The notes: generated by a model not told the origin, from the sequence alone. A DNA stretch of 64,000 nt from Chloroflexota bacterium (GCA_005889495.1 VBHA01000065.1:4961-68960); one strand, 5' to 3'. Counted from the first letter of the stretch, positions 53,078 through 63,544 are shown. Numbers and translations are program-made.

Positions 53078-53155
53078 GAGGAGGTAAATAGAATTGTTGT
53101 GGGGTAGGGCCCGCGCACGCGGCATTGAGGTGGTACTTGGTGAAGGGATAAAGAG

Positions 53156-54214
<1,059 letters not shown>

Positions 54215-54241
54215 CCCGGGTCCCTCGCAGCCTGGTCGCTG

Positions 54242-55135
54242 TTGGGCGTAGAGCGCATACGCGCGATCCAGGACTTCGACTCCGCGCGCGCGCGGGCATT
54301 CCGGCGCAGCCTGCGCACGATCCTGACCGGCCGGGTGCCGCGCCTCCGCTCGATGGAACCGGTGCTGAAGGCGGCCGGCATCGAGGCTCGGGCCGCCGGC
54401 GGGGTGCAGGAGATTCCCATCGACAAGATCGTCGGCTCGGTCGCGCCGGACGCCAAGGCGGGCGAGTTCGACCCCGGATTTCTTCCGCTCAACCGGCGGA
54501 TGCGCGAGCGCTGGACGCGGATCTATCGGGAGATGGTCGAGGGCGACGAGCTGCCGCCGATCGACGTCTACAAGGTCGATGACAAGTACTACCTGATCGA
54601 CGGACACCACCGCGTGTCGGTCGCCCGAAACCTCGGTCGCCCGGCGCTCAATGCTCGTGTCATCAACGTCAGGACGCGGGCCCCGCTGCCGCCCGGAGCC
54701 GACCCGGCTTCGCTGCTGCGGGCAGCCGAGTATGCCGCCTTCCTCGAAACGACCCAGCTTCACCGGACGCGTCCCCAGGCGCGCCTGGAGTGCAGCCGTC
54801 TCGGGCGCTACGACGAGATCCTCAACCACATCCTGGGGCACGCCTACTTCCTGTCCCTCGAGCAGCACCGCGAGGTCCCGCTGCAGGAGGCGGCGGCCAG
54901 CTGGTACGACCACGTCTACCACCCGATCGCGGAGGCGATCCGCAAGCACAAGGTGCTCGAACAGCTGCCGGGCTGGACCGAGGCGGACGTCTACGCCGAG
55001 GTGACCAAGCGATGGCTCGATCTCAGCAAGGAGGGCGAGCCCGCGGGGCCCGACCCCGCGGTCGAGGCGCTGCTGGCCGAGCATGCGCGTCGCTGGTGGC
55101 GCCGGCGGCGCAAGATCCAGCTGGCAGGGCAATGA
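54242..55135 (+). CDS. ParB/Srx-like N-terminal domain protein (DUF4032-type C-terminus)
   Basis: LPPIDVYKVDDKYYLIDGHHRVSVAR. TTG start. Confidence 0.65.
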   Translation: MGVERIRAIQDFDSARARAFRRSLRTILTGRVPRLRSMEPVLKAAGIEARAAGGVQEIPIDKIVGSVAPDAKAGEFDPGFLPLNRRMRERWTRIYREMVEGDELPPIDVYKVDDKYYLIDGHHRVSVARNLGRPALNARVINVRTRAPLPPGADPASLLRAAEYAAFLETTQLHRTRPQARLECSRLGRYDEILNHILGHAYFLSLEQHREVPLQEAAASWYDHVYHPIAEAIRKHKVLEQLPGWTEADVYAEVTKRWLDLSKEGEPAGPDPAVEALLAEHARRWWRRRRKIQLAGQ

Positions 55136-55158
55136 TCGGGAGTCGACCGGAGACATCC

Positions 55159-55217
55159 CATTGCCGGCATTCGCACCTTTGGGGGGCACTCGAAACGATC
55201 CACTGCCGGCACTCGCG
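55159..55217. repeat. TGCCGGCA-box doublet repeat family 2, copy b
   Basis: CATTGCCGGCATTCGCA lies at 55159-75 and CACTGCCGGCACTCGCG at 55201-17. The cores are exactly 42 bp apart. The element sits in the 91-nt gap upstream of adk. Confidence 0.8.
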
Positions 55218-55226
55218 AGTGAGCCA

Positions 55227-55805
55227 TTGATCGGAATCATCTTCGGACCACCGGGTAGCGGGAAGGGCACCCAGGCCGCGCGCCTGGAGAAGGACCTGGG
55301 AATCCACCACCTGTCCACCGGCGACATCCTTCGCGGAGAGGTGGCGAAGGGCACGCCGCTCGGCAAGGAGGTCGGCCGGATCATGGCCGCGGGTGACCTC
55401 GTGCCCGACGGGCTGATCGTCGACGTGGTCAGGTCGAGGTTGCCAGACGCGGAGCAGGGCGTCGGCGCGCTGCTCGACGGCTTCCCCCGGACCGTGGCGC
55501 AGGCGCGTGCGCTCGACTCCATGCTGTCGGACGAGGGGCACAGGGTGAACTTCATCGTCGCCCTGGACGTGCCCGAGGAGCTGCTCGTGGACCGGTTGCT
55601 GCACCGTGCTCAGGTCGAAGGCCGGACGGACGACACGCGCGAGGTCATCGCCGAACGGATGCGTGAGTACCACAAGCTGACCGAGGCAGTGCTCGACCAT
55701 TATCGAAAGCAAGGGGTCCGGATCCACGAGGTCGACGGAACCGGAAGCCCCGACGAGGTCTTCGACCGCATCCATGCGGCGATCAGCGGAATATCCTCTC
55801 GTTAG
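55227..55805 (+). CDS. adk: adenylate kinase (short type, no zinc lid)
   Basis: Motifs GPPGSGKGTQA, LSTGDILR, LDGFPRT and RTDD. The TTG start at 55227 is the only in-frame start just before the P-loop. Confidence 0.9.
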   Translation: MIGIIFGPPGSGKGTQAARLEKDLGIHHLSTGDILRGEVAKGTPLGKEVGRIMAAGDLVPDGLIVDVVRSRLPDAEQGVGALLDGFPRTVAQARALDSMLSDEGHRVNFIVALDVPEELLVDRLLHRAQVEGRTDDTREVIAERMREYHKLTEAVLDHYRKQGVRIHEVDGTGSPDEVFDRIHAAISGISSR

Positions 55806-55851
55806 GAGATCCGTGGCCCGCAAAGCCCGCCCTGGCGACCTCGGCCAGTCC

Positions 55852-57843
55852 ATGCCGTCCACAGCCAACGGCGACGGCCACCTGCCCGTCACCGAGGTCG
55901 CCCCGCCGATGGTCGAGCCGCGGGTCGCGAGCCCGTTTCCGCCCATCGCCGAGTACGCCTTCCTCTCCGACTGCGAGGTCAACTGCCTGATCGCGCCCTC
56001 CGGCCGGGTGGAGTGGATGTGCCTGCCGCGACCGGACAGCCCGAGCGTGTTCGCCGCGATCCTCGACCGCGGGGCCGGCAGCTTCGCCTTCGGCCCAACC
56101 GGTGTCCAGGTCCCGGCCGGCCGCCGCTACCTGCCGGGCACGCTCGTCATGGAGACCACATGGCGCACCCGCACGGGGTGGCTGATCGTCCGCGACGCCA
56201 TGTGCATCGGGCCCTGGTACCACAGCCAGCGCCGCTCGGGCACCTATCGCCGCCCGCCCTCCGACTACGAAGCGCAGCACATCCTCCTGCGCACAGCGCG
56301 CTGCGTCGTCGGCCAGGTCGAGCTGACGCTCGACTGCCAGCCGGTCTTCGACTACGGCCAGACCGAGGCGAAATGGGAGTACGCCGGGAAGGGGTACAAC
56401 GAGGCACTCGCGAGCGGCGGCCAGGAGGAGGTGCCGATCAAGCTGGTCACGGACCTGCGTGTCGGCTTCGAGGGGCCGGGCGCCCATGCCACGAAGACGC
56501 TGCGCCAGGGGGAGCGCGCGTACGTGGCCATGGTGTGGACGCGGTCCAGGCATTCGACCGGCAAGGAGTACTGGGCCGAACACCCCGCGCCCGGGTCCGT
56601 CGAAGAGGCCTTCGAGCGGGTGGAGAAGACGGCCGACTTCTGGCGCGAGTGGATCAACCGCGGCGAGTTCCCCGAGCACCCGTGGCAGAGCTACCTGCAG
56701 CGGAGCGCGCTGACGCTCAAGGGCCTGACATACAGCCCGACCGGCGCCCTGCTGGCCGCACCCACGACCTCGCTGCCGGAGACGATCGGCGGCGAGCGCA
56801 ACTGGGACTACCGCTACACGTGGATCCGCGACGGGACCTTCATGCTGTGGGGTCTTTACACACTCGGATTTGCGCGCGAGGCGAACGACTTCTTCTACTT
56901 CATCGCCGACGCGGCCTCCGGCAAGAAAGACCTTCAGATCATGTACGGAATCGGCGGCGAGCAGCAGCTCGTCGAGAAGACGCTCGACCACCTGAGCGGC
57001 TATGAGGCGTCGCGGCCCGTGCGAATTGGAAACGGCGCTTTCAACCAGAAGCAGCACGACGTCTGGGGCGCGGTCCTCGACTCGGTCTATCTCCACACCA
57101 GGTCGCGCGACTACCTGCCCGAGGTCGTGTGGCCGATCCTCAAGCGCGGCGTGGAGTGCGCGATCGAGAACTGGAAGACCCCGGACCGCGGCATCTGGGA
57201 GGTGCGCGGCGAGCCGCAGCACTTCACCTCTTCGAAGCTGATGTGCTGGGTCGCGCTCGACCGGGGCGCGCGCCTCGCCGAGATGCATGGAGACCTTGTG
57301 CTCGCCAGGACGTGGCAGGACGTGGCCGATGAGATGAAGTCCGACATCTGCGAGCACGGTGTCGACGAGCGCGGCGTGTTCGTCCAGCGCTACGGGTCGA
57401 AAGCGCTCGACGCCTCAGTCCTGCTGATTCCCCTCGTCCGCTTCCTGCCGCCCGACGACCCGCGGGTGCGCGCCACCGTGCTCGCGATCGCCGACGAGCT
57501 CACCGTCGACGGGATGGTGCTGCGCTATCGCACCGACGAGACCGACGACGGGCTGAAGGGCGAAGAGGGGACCTTCACGATCTGCTCGTTCTGGCTCGTC
57601 TCGGCGCTGGTCGAGATCGGCGAGCTGGACCGCGCACGCGAGCTGTGCGAGAAGCTGCTCTCGTACGCGAGCCCGCTTCAGCTCTACGCCGAAGAGATCG
57701 ACCCGCGGAGCGGCCGCCACCTCGGCAACTTCCCGCAGGCCTTTTCGCACCTGGCGCTGATCAACGCGGTGATGCATGTGATCCACGCCGAGACCGGGGC
57801 GACGCACCGGTTCAGCGTCGCGCCACCGTCACCGCAGCCTTAG
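55852..57843 (+). CDS. GH15-family glycoside hydrolase (glucoamylase/trehalase-like)
   Basis: IAEYAFLSDCEVNCLIAPSGRVEWMCLPR, NWDYRYTWIRDGTF and ICSFWLV are present. Start at ATG 55852. Confidence 0.9.
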   Translation: MPSTANGDGHLPVTEVAPPMVEPRVASPFPPIAEYAFLSDCEVNCLIAPSGRVEWMCLPRPDSPSVFAAILDRGAGSFAFGPTGVQVPAGRRYLPGTLVMETTWRTRTGWLIVRDAMCIGPWYHSQRRSGTYRRPPSDYEAQHILLRTARCVVGQVELTLDCQPVFDYGQTEAKWEYAGKGYNEALASGGQEEVPIKLVTDLRVGFEGPGAHATKTLRQGERAYVAMVWTRSRHSTGKEYWAEHPAPGSVEEAFERVEKTADFWREWINRGEFPEHPWQSYLQRSALTLKGLTYSPTGALLAAPTTSLPETIGGERNWDYRYTWIRDGTFMLWGLYTLGFAREANDFFYFIADAASGKKDLQIMYGIGGEQQLVEKTLDHLSGYEASRPVRIGNGAFNQKQHDVWGAVLDSVYLHTRSRDYLPEVVWPILKRGVECAIENWKTPDRGIWEVRGEPQHFTSSKLMCWVALDRGARLAEMHGDLVLARTWQDVADEMKSDICEHGVDERGVFVQRYGSKALDASVLLIPLVRFLPPDDPRVRATVLAIADELTVDGMVLRYRTDETDDGLKGEEGTFTICSFWLVSALVEIGELDRARELCEKLLSYASPLQLYAEEIDPRSGRHLGNFPQAFSHLALINAVMHVIHAETGATHRFSVAPPSPQP

Positions 57844-58172
57844 CCAAACATTCCCTTCCCGCCGAGCAACGTACCGGCCACCCCGGTGGCGACAGTTATC
57901 GCAATCATCGCAATACCGTGCCATGTCTGGCCTTTGATGATGTTCGTGATCCCGAGACCAACGCCTGCCTGCACCAACAGTCCGGGGAAAACAAAGAACG
58001 GCAGCACGGCAAAAATGTAGCCCACCACCAGCAAACGTCTGTCGAGCGGGTCCATGCGTTGTTTTTCGTCCTGGCGGTGGTACTCGGAAATTGGCCGCCA
58101 CTGCTGCCCGTTCCACCACCATTGGCCGTCAGGAGAGATCTTTGGTCGCTTCTCCAGCAGGACGTCTTGCAC
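57840..58172 (-). CDS. small membrane protein
   Basis: 110-aa ORF. The N-terminus is Trp-rich (DGQWWWNGQQWRP). Two TM helices follow. It lies in the lower-GC stretch. Confidence 0.5.
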   Translation of the reverse strand: MQDVLLEKRPKISPDGQWWWNGQQWRPISEYHRQDEKQRMDPLDRRLLVVGYIFAVLPFFVFPGLLVQAGVGLGITNIIKGQTWHGIAMIAITVATGVAGTLLGGKGMFG

Positions 58173-58297
58173 TTGCCCACCTCCAGTCGATGGCCCCTTC
58201 CCTTGCTTGCTGGCGGCTGAGAGGCATCTTGAGCGCTACCAGCGCCGGCGCGCTGCCGGCACGAACATCCAAAATCGTTTCCCGGCGAAGACCTCAG

Positions 58298-59317
58298 CTA
58301 CTGTCCAAACAAGAAGCCCGCATAGAGCGGTTCGGACCATGTGTCGCACTTGATTCCGCTCAGCAATCCAACGTTCAACCACTTCACGCGCTGAGCTGAA
58401 GTTCCGTGCGCATTGGCGCTCGGAGCGAACAATGCCAACGGATTGATGGCGTCGTCGCCAACCGCATCTGTAATGGTGGCTGCTTCGTTGAGGTCGTTCT
58501 GGCTGATCAATTTCGCATCCCACTCGTGTCTGGCCCACGCTCCAGCCATACAATCCGCTTGAAGCTCCAGGTCCTGACTCCACCACGCAGCGTCCGTGTT
58601 GTCGCCAGCCTGCCTGTTCGTCATGATGTATCCCTTCACGGGCCCGAGGATATTCGTGATGTCCTGGATGTAGTGACCGAACTCGTGTGCAATTACCTCT
58701 GCTTCTGCGAACTCGCCATAACTCGGGATGGTTCTGCTGCCGATGCTAAAGATGCTTTGTAGGGGCCAGTAGATGACTCGCTTCCCTGACCCGTTGAATG
58801 GACAATAGAATGGGCCGATCACAGTCACGTCCAGCATCCCGGGCGCGTCCTGTTTGTCAGAGGAGGCGCAAGGCACTGGATTGTTGGTCGCGTCGACTGG
58901 CTGGAACGTAACCATGACATCGGTTCCCGTCTGGAAACCGACTCTGGTCATCAACGGCGTCCAGTAGCCGGCGATCTGGTGAAATGCCCACCGATCGAAC
59001 GTGGCCTCGCTTGCATCGCCTCGTGATGGATCGGCCGGCGCGCCTGCGAGTCCATTGAAGCCGGACGCGGCTGGCGGCGTCAACGGGATGCGGTCGACGT
59101 TCTGCTGACCTGGAATGCGGATCGGCTTGTTGTTCGCTTGGGCGGTGGCGGTCGCCACCGACGGCGACGGTGAAACGGTTGGTCCTACATCTCCGCCGCA
59201 CGCCATCAAGACCGTTGCAAGCCCGAACCACAGAGCCGATCGCCCGACGACCCGCACATCCCGAGGCCAGGCTGACCGCCTCAGCGATTGCAATTCTCCA
59301 GGCAGCATCCAACACAT
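58298..59317 (-). CDS. YpfJ-like neutral zinc metallopeptidase, probable lipoprotein
   Basis: HEFGHYIQ (HExxH), ELQADCMAGAW and the lipobox-like segment VLMACGG. Confidence 0.8.
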   Translation of the reverse strand: MCWMLPGELQSLRRSAWPRDVRVVGRSALWFGLATVLMACGGDVGPTVSPSPSVATATAQANNKPIRIPGQQNVDRIPLTPPAASGFNGLAGAPADPSRGDASEATFDRWAFHQIAGYWTPLMTRVGFQTGTDVMVTFQPVDATNNPVPCASSDKQDAPGMLDVTVIGPFYCPFNGSGKRVIYWPLQSIFSIGSRTIPSYGEFAEAEVIAHEFGHYIQDITNILGPVKGYIMTNRQAGDNTDAAWWSQDLELQADCMAGAWARHEWDAKLISQNDLNEAATITDAVGDDAINPLALFAPSANAHGTSAQRVKWLNVGLLSGIKCDTWSEPLYAGFLFGQ

Positions 59318-59351
59318 CGTCTGCTGCCTTCATAACAAAGTCAGTAACAGG

Positions 59352-59894
59352 CTATGGGCGAAACATCAAGGAATAACCCACGTGCGGACGGTTTACGAGA
59401 TCGCACGGGATGTCGAGCTCGGCAAGGATCCTCCGGACCCGCCGAACGTAGTTCCTTACCTCATCGGTGAAAAGCGCCGGCTCGGCCCAGGCCCGATCCT
59501 TGATCTGGTCTGCCGTAAAGAATCTATGCGGGTGATCGAGCAGGAACTTGAGCAGTTGGAACTCGCGTTTGGTGAGGTGGGCTTCGTGGGCCTGATGGCG
59601 AACCATGCTGCGGTCTTCTTCGACCCACAGACCTTTCAACTGCCAGATTCGCTCATACCAGAGGTCTAGCCGCTCCTGATAACCCTCCATCTGCTCGACG
59701 ATGATTGCCAGGTCGGCCGCCGCAGCGTTTCGCGCCACCACGTTCAACCCCGCGAGGTCGCGCTGGATCCGATCGAGCAAGCCACGTTTGAATCGAAGTA
59801 GATCGCTGTAAATGCTGATCCAATGGCGAGCGTCCTCCCAGTGAGACGTAGAGATGTCCTCGCCCTCCAACGGCTCTGGTCGTGGTCGTCTCAT
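59352..59894 (-). CDS. receiver-less OmpR/PhoB-type winged-helix regulator (paralog of 2231..2770)
   Basis: Start at the internal ATG 59894; the upstream part of ORF 59352..60218 is low-complexity. The sequence reads HWISIYSDLL...LTKREFQLLKFLLDHPHRFFTADQI...YVRRVRRIL...HVGYSL. Confidence 0.75.
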   Translation of the reverse strand: MRRPRPEPLEGEDISTSHWEDARHWISIYSDLLRFKRGLLDRIQRDLAGLNVVARNAAAADLAIIVEQMEGYQERLDLWYERIWQLKGLWVEEDRSMVRHQAHEAHLTKREFQLLKFLLDHPHRFFTADQIKDRAWAEPALFTDEVRNYVRRVRRILAELDIPCDLVNRPHVGYSLMFRP

Positions 59895-59979
59895 CGAATC
59901 GGAGCCCTCGAGCACCCTCGATCGGGTTCGTCTTACAAAGAGCCTACCGGAGCTCGTCGGCTCGACGTTTGTGACAACC

Positions 59980-60624
59980 TCAGCTGACGGAGCAGGTGAC
60001 CAGGGCGCCGCACGCGACCTGGACCGGGATGCCCAGCGAGAGAGCTTCGACTCCGTTGCCGACCAGCTTCGCCGACGCGACCGCCAGCACCCGACCCTGC
60101 TCGTCCACCACCGGCCCGCCGCTGTTGCCCGGGCTGATGGGCGCCGAGAACTGCATGTAGTCGCTGCCCTCGAGGCTGCGGTAGCCGGAGGCGACGTGGA
60201 TGACCGCGAGGTCGTCATTGCGGTCCACGCGCACGATGGTGCCGGTCACCGTCCGGTCCTTGTGCCGGACCTGGACCGTGGACGTGCCCGCGGAGTACGC
60301 GTCCGCGACGACGTGGTAGTTGGTGATGAGGTCCGAGCCGCCGGCGTCGGCATGGGCGACCCAGGCCGAGCCCTGGACGTCGCCCGAGCCGATCGTCACG
60401 ACCGACGGCTCAACCGCCGCCGCGACCGCGCTCCAGTCCACCTCCGCCGCCTGGCCTGACTCGAGCGAGGTGACCTTCTTCTGCAGCGCCGCGATCGCGA
60501 GCTGCTGAGAAGTCAGCTGTGCGTTCAGCGACACGGCAGACCGCCACCCCAGGAGCAACCCGGCCACGGCGACGGTCGCGATGACCGCCGCCGACACCAG
60601 CCGGATGAATCGGGTTCGGATCAC
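59980..60624 (-). CDS. membrane-anchored trypsin-like (S1) serine protease
   Basis: GTG 60624 overlaps the upstream stop (GTGA). The TM anchor is LVSAAVIATVAVAGLLLGW. The triad context is TNYHVV / NDDLAVI / GNSGGPV. Confidence 0.85.
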   Translation of the reverse strand: MIRTRFIRLVSAAVIATVAVAGLLLGWRSAVSLNAQLTSQQLAIAALQKKVTSLESGQAAEVDWSAVAAAVEPSVVTIGSGDVQGSAWVAHADAGGSDLITNYHVVADAYSAGTSTVQVRHKDRTVTGTIVRVDRNDDLAVIHVASGYRSLEGSDYMQFSAPISPGNSGGPVVDEQGRVLAVASAKLVGNGVEALSLGIPVQVACGALVTCSVS

Positions 60625-61271
60625 TGAAGACCGTTGCCCAGCGCGATCTGCGCCTTGGCCAGGTTCAGCATCGCCGCGTCGAGCTTGTGCAGGCCGTCCT
60701 TGACCTTGTTCACGCTGAACGTGTCCATCCCGTCGATGAACTCCTGGTCGGCCGCGATCGCCGCACTGAGGGCGTCGCCCAGGCTTGCATCCGCCGCGCT
60801 CAGGCTGCTCGGGACGATCGCCCTGGAGCGGTCGGCCTGGAACTTCTGCAGGTCGTTGAGCAGGTCCTGGCCCGCCGTGCGGCACGCGCCGTACGAATTG
60901 CAGGCCTGGACGTTCTGGTAGTCGAGCTGGACCTTGCCCTGGTCGAGCACATAGACGGCCGCGTAGTTCGCGGTGACTTTCTTGCTCGCCGCGTCGGCCT
61001 GGGCCAGCGTGAGGGTGTTGTCGGTGGCGACCAGGGTCGCCCTGGTGCCGACGAACGCGTCGTAGGCGGCGTTGCGCTGCTGGGCCGCCGAGTACGAGAC
61101 ATAGCCGAGGGAGCCGGTGGCGATCAGTGCCACCCCTCCGACCAGGGCGGTCGAAAGCCACCGGGGCTTCGCGCGCCGCACCCTGACCGCAGGGACTGCC
61201 GGCTCTTCGCTCGAGGGCGCCTCGAGCCCGGGCAAGGCGACGATTCCTTCCATCTCGGGGTTGGCTGCCAT
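60621..61271 (-). CDS. single-pass membrane protein with an extracytoplasmic helical domain
   Basis: ATG 61271 lies after AGGAGGAGGA. The TM helix is LSTALVGGVALIATGSLGYV. A CNSYGAC pair is present. No family recognised. Confidence 0.6.
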   Translation of the reverse strand: MAANPEMEGIVALPGLEAPSSEEPAVPAVRVRRAKPRWLSTALVGGVALIATGSLGYVSYSAAQQRNAAYDAFVGTRATLVATDNTLTLAQADAASKKVTANYAAVYVLDQGKVQLDYQNVQACNSYGACRTAGQDLLNDLQKFQADRSRAIVPSSLSAADASLGDALSAAIAADQEFIDGMDTFSVNKVKDGLHKLDAAMLNLAKAQIALGNGLQ

Positions 61272-61406
61272 TGGGGATCCTCCTCCTGGAACCCGAAATT
61301 GACGGCGACGTCGCCAACTGTTCCCCGGATCCGGTCTCACCCGCAGTCTCAGGCCGGTGTCGAAACAGGTCTCAAAACCGAGTTATGGTTTGGCCGGGTT
61401 GGAGGC

Positions 61407-62855
61407 GTGAAGCTCGTGCGCAGGTTCATCGAGGATCCGCGGGCCGTCGATGCGGTCGTGGTCGTGCTGGCGACGTGGTTCGTCCTCGGCGGCTACGTCA
61501 CGGCGTTTGCGTACGTGAGCGAGAGCGGCCATGTTCTCGAAGGCTTCAAGAGGGCCGGTTTCACGGCGGTCACGGCGTCATGGTCCCTGCTGACCCTGTA
61601 CCTGTTCGCCGGCTTTGCGGCCGGGCTCCGCGAGGGCCGCCCGTGGAATCGCGCCCTGCCCGACGGGCAGACCGGAACCTTCGCCGCGGCGTTGATCTTC
61701 GGCGCGGCCTGGATCGTCGACCAGGCGTTCTGGGCGCCGATCTTCGTCACCAACGGCATCGGTCTCGACGCGCTGTTCACCCCGCCGCACCTGGTCGAGA
61801 TGGGGGCGGCGGCGGTGATGGTCAGCGGTCCCTTGCGTGCCGCGGCCCGGCGCGGCGAGACGACCGCCGGCCCTGTGACGCTGACCTCCGCGGCCCTGCT
61901 CCTCTCCGTGCTGACATTCGCGACTCAGTTCATACATCCGCTGATCGACCCGTGGGCCGCCGGGAACTACGAGTTCCGCGCCGTGATCGCCAACGGGACG
62001 TGGCTCGGCGAGAACATCGGCGTGGCGTCGATCCTCGCCCAGGCCGTGATCCTGGCCGGGACGGGGTTGCTGCTGAACAGCGGGTTCAAGCTTCGGCCTG
62101 GATCGCTGACCTTCGTGTTCACGATCAACGGCCTCCTGGTCACGATCACCAAGTCGCACTTCTACCTGGTCCCGGTCGCGGTCGCCACCGGCGTCGCGGC
62201 CGACGCGTGGATCGCCTGGACCGGTCGCAGGTCCGGAAAGCCGTCGGCGTCTCTGTGTGCGGTGATCGGCGGGGCGTTCGCGGCGTCTTACCTGCTCGAG
62301 GTTGCGCTGCTCCCGAGCGGGACGACGTGGGACCTGTCCCTGTCGCTGGGCGCGATCATCGGGGCGACGATGCTGACCTGGATGATGGGCAGGCTGCTGC
62401 GAGCCGGCCTTCCGGGAGCGGTGTTCGAGCCCTACGAGGTCCTGGTGAAGGAGCCAGAGGCGGACCACTGGACGCTCGACCCCGACAGCGCCGTCCGGGA
62501 GCAGCTGGTCAGGTCCGCCCTCGACGACCTGGGTACGCCAGAGGCGCTCGGCCGGAACCCGTTGGCGAGGCTGCCAGGCGTGTCGAAGGGGGGCAGCGGG
62601 GCTCGAGAGCTGCGCGAGGTGCTGGTCGATGTGATCGGGGAGCTCGCGGGTGCGAGCGCGCCGCGCGACGCGGAGTGCGGCCGGGTGCTCCTCGACTACT
62701 ACGTGCGCAGGGTCGGAAGCCATGAGGTGGTGATGGAGCGCCTGTACCTCACGCGGCCGACCTACTACCGCCGGCTGCACCACGGCTTTCTGCTGGTGGC
62801 GAACCGACTCGACGAGCTGAGCCTGGCCGCACACGCCACCTCGACGCCGGGATGA
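61407..62855 (+). CDS. polytopic membrane protein with a C-terminal HTH-like (sigma region-4-like) domain
   Basis: About 10 TM segments are followed by a soluble tail, RVLLDYYVRRVGSHEVVMERLYLTRPTYYRRLHHGFLLVANRL. The start is GTG 61407 or GTG 61416, after GGAGG. Confidence 0.6.
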   Translation: MKLVRRFIEDPRAVDAVVVVLATWFVLGGYVTAFAYVSESGHVLEGFKRAGFTAVTASWSLLTLYLFAGFAAGLREGRPWNRALPDGQTGTFAAALIFGAAWIVDQAFWAPIFVTNGIGLDALFTPPHLVEMGAAAVMVSGPLRAAARRGETTAGPVTLTSAALLLSVLTFATQFIHPLIDPWAAGNYEFRAVIANGTWLGENIGVASILAQAVILAGTGLLLNSGFKLRPGSLTFVFTINGLLVTITKSHFYLVPVAVATGVAADAWIAWTGRRSGKPSASLCAVIGGAFAASYLLEVALLPSGTTWDLSLSLGAIIGATMLTWMMGRLLRAGLPGAVFEPYEVLVKEPEADHWTLDPDSAVREQLVRSALDDLGTPEALGRNPLARLPGVSKGGSGARELREVLVDVIGELAGASAPRDAECGRVLLDYYVRRVGSHEVVMERLYLTRPTYYRRLHHGFLLVANRLDELSLAAHATSTPG

Positions 62856-63523
62856 GCAGGTTCATCGAGGTCTCGCATCCGGTCGTCGCCGGGATGAAGA
62901 CCTATCCAGGTCTACCCGAGCCGGCGGTCGAGGTGAATCTCGACTACGACGCCTCGCATGAGCGCTACCAGGGTCAGGCGGAGTTCTTCATCGCGTCGCT
63001 GCACCTGTGCGGCAACACCGGGACGTATGTCGATTCGCCGGTGCACCGCTACCGTGACGGCGTCGACCTGGCCTCAGTGCCGCTGGAGCGGCTGGCCGAC
63101 CTGGAGACGGTGGTCATCGACTGCACCGGCGGCGAGCGGTCGATCGGGGCTGATGCCCTGGCCGACGTCGAGCTTCGCTATCGCGCGGTGCTGGTCCGGA
63201 CCGACTTCTCTCTGCACTGGGGGAAGCCTGAGTACTTCGGCGAGAACCCGTTCCTGACCGCGGATGCGTGCGAGCTGCTCGTGCGGTCGGGGGCGCTGTT
63301 CGTGGGCATCGACTCGCTGAACATCGACGACACCGCGAACCCGGCGCGGCCCGCGCATACGATCCTGCTCGGGGCGGGGATTCCGGTGTGCGAGCACATG
63401 ACAAACCTGGCGGCCGCGCCGGCGTCGGGCGGACGACTGCACGCCGTGCCGATCGCGTGGGTGGGAGGGGCCTCGTTCCCGGTGCGGGCGTACGTCATTT
63501 CCCCTGATCTCCGTGCGTGTTGA
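62852..63523 (+). CDS. cyclase-family protein (kynurenine formamidase-like fold)
   Basis: CGNTGTYVDSPVH and GIDSLNID are present. The ATG overlaps the upstream stop (ATGA). Confidence 0.8.
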   Translation: MSRFIEVSHPVVAGMKTYPGLPEPAVEVNLDYDASHERYQGQAEFFIASLHLCGNTGTYVDSPVHRYRDGVDLASVPLERLADLETVVIDCTGGERSIGADALADVELRYRAVLVRTDFSLHWGKPEYFGENPFLTADACELLVRSGALFVGIDSLNIDDTANPARPAHTILLGAGIPVCEHMTNLAAAPASGGRLHAVPIAWVGGASFPVRAYVISPDLRAC

Positions 63524-63544
63524 TCCCTCGCCCTCGCCGATGCC

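Noticed and set aside
58251-58266. Single TGCCGGCA-containing words: CGCTGCCGGCACGAAC (58251-66) and CATGCCGGCATGG (~17254-66, inside the MpaB CDS). They might have been extra family-2 copies.
   Set aside because: Neither has a partner box 42 bp away, and the flanks diverge. An 8-bp GC-rich palindrome is expected by chance in this composition.
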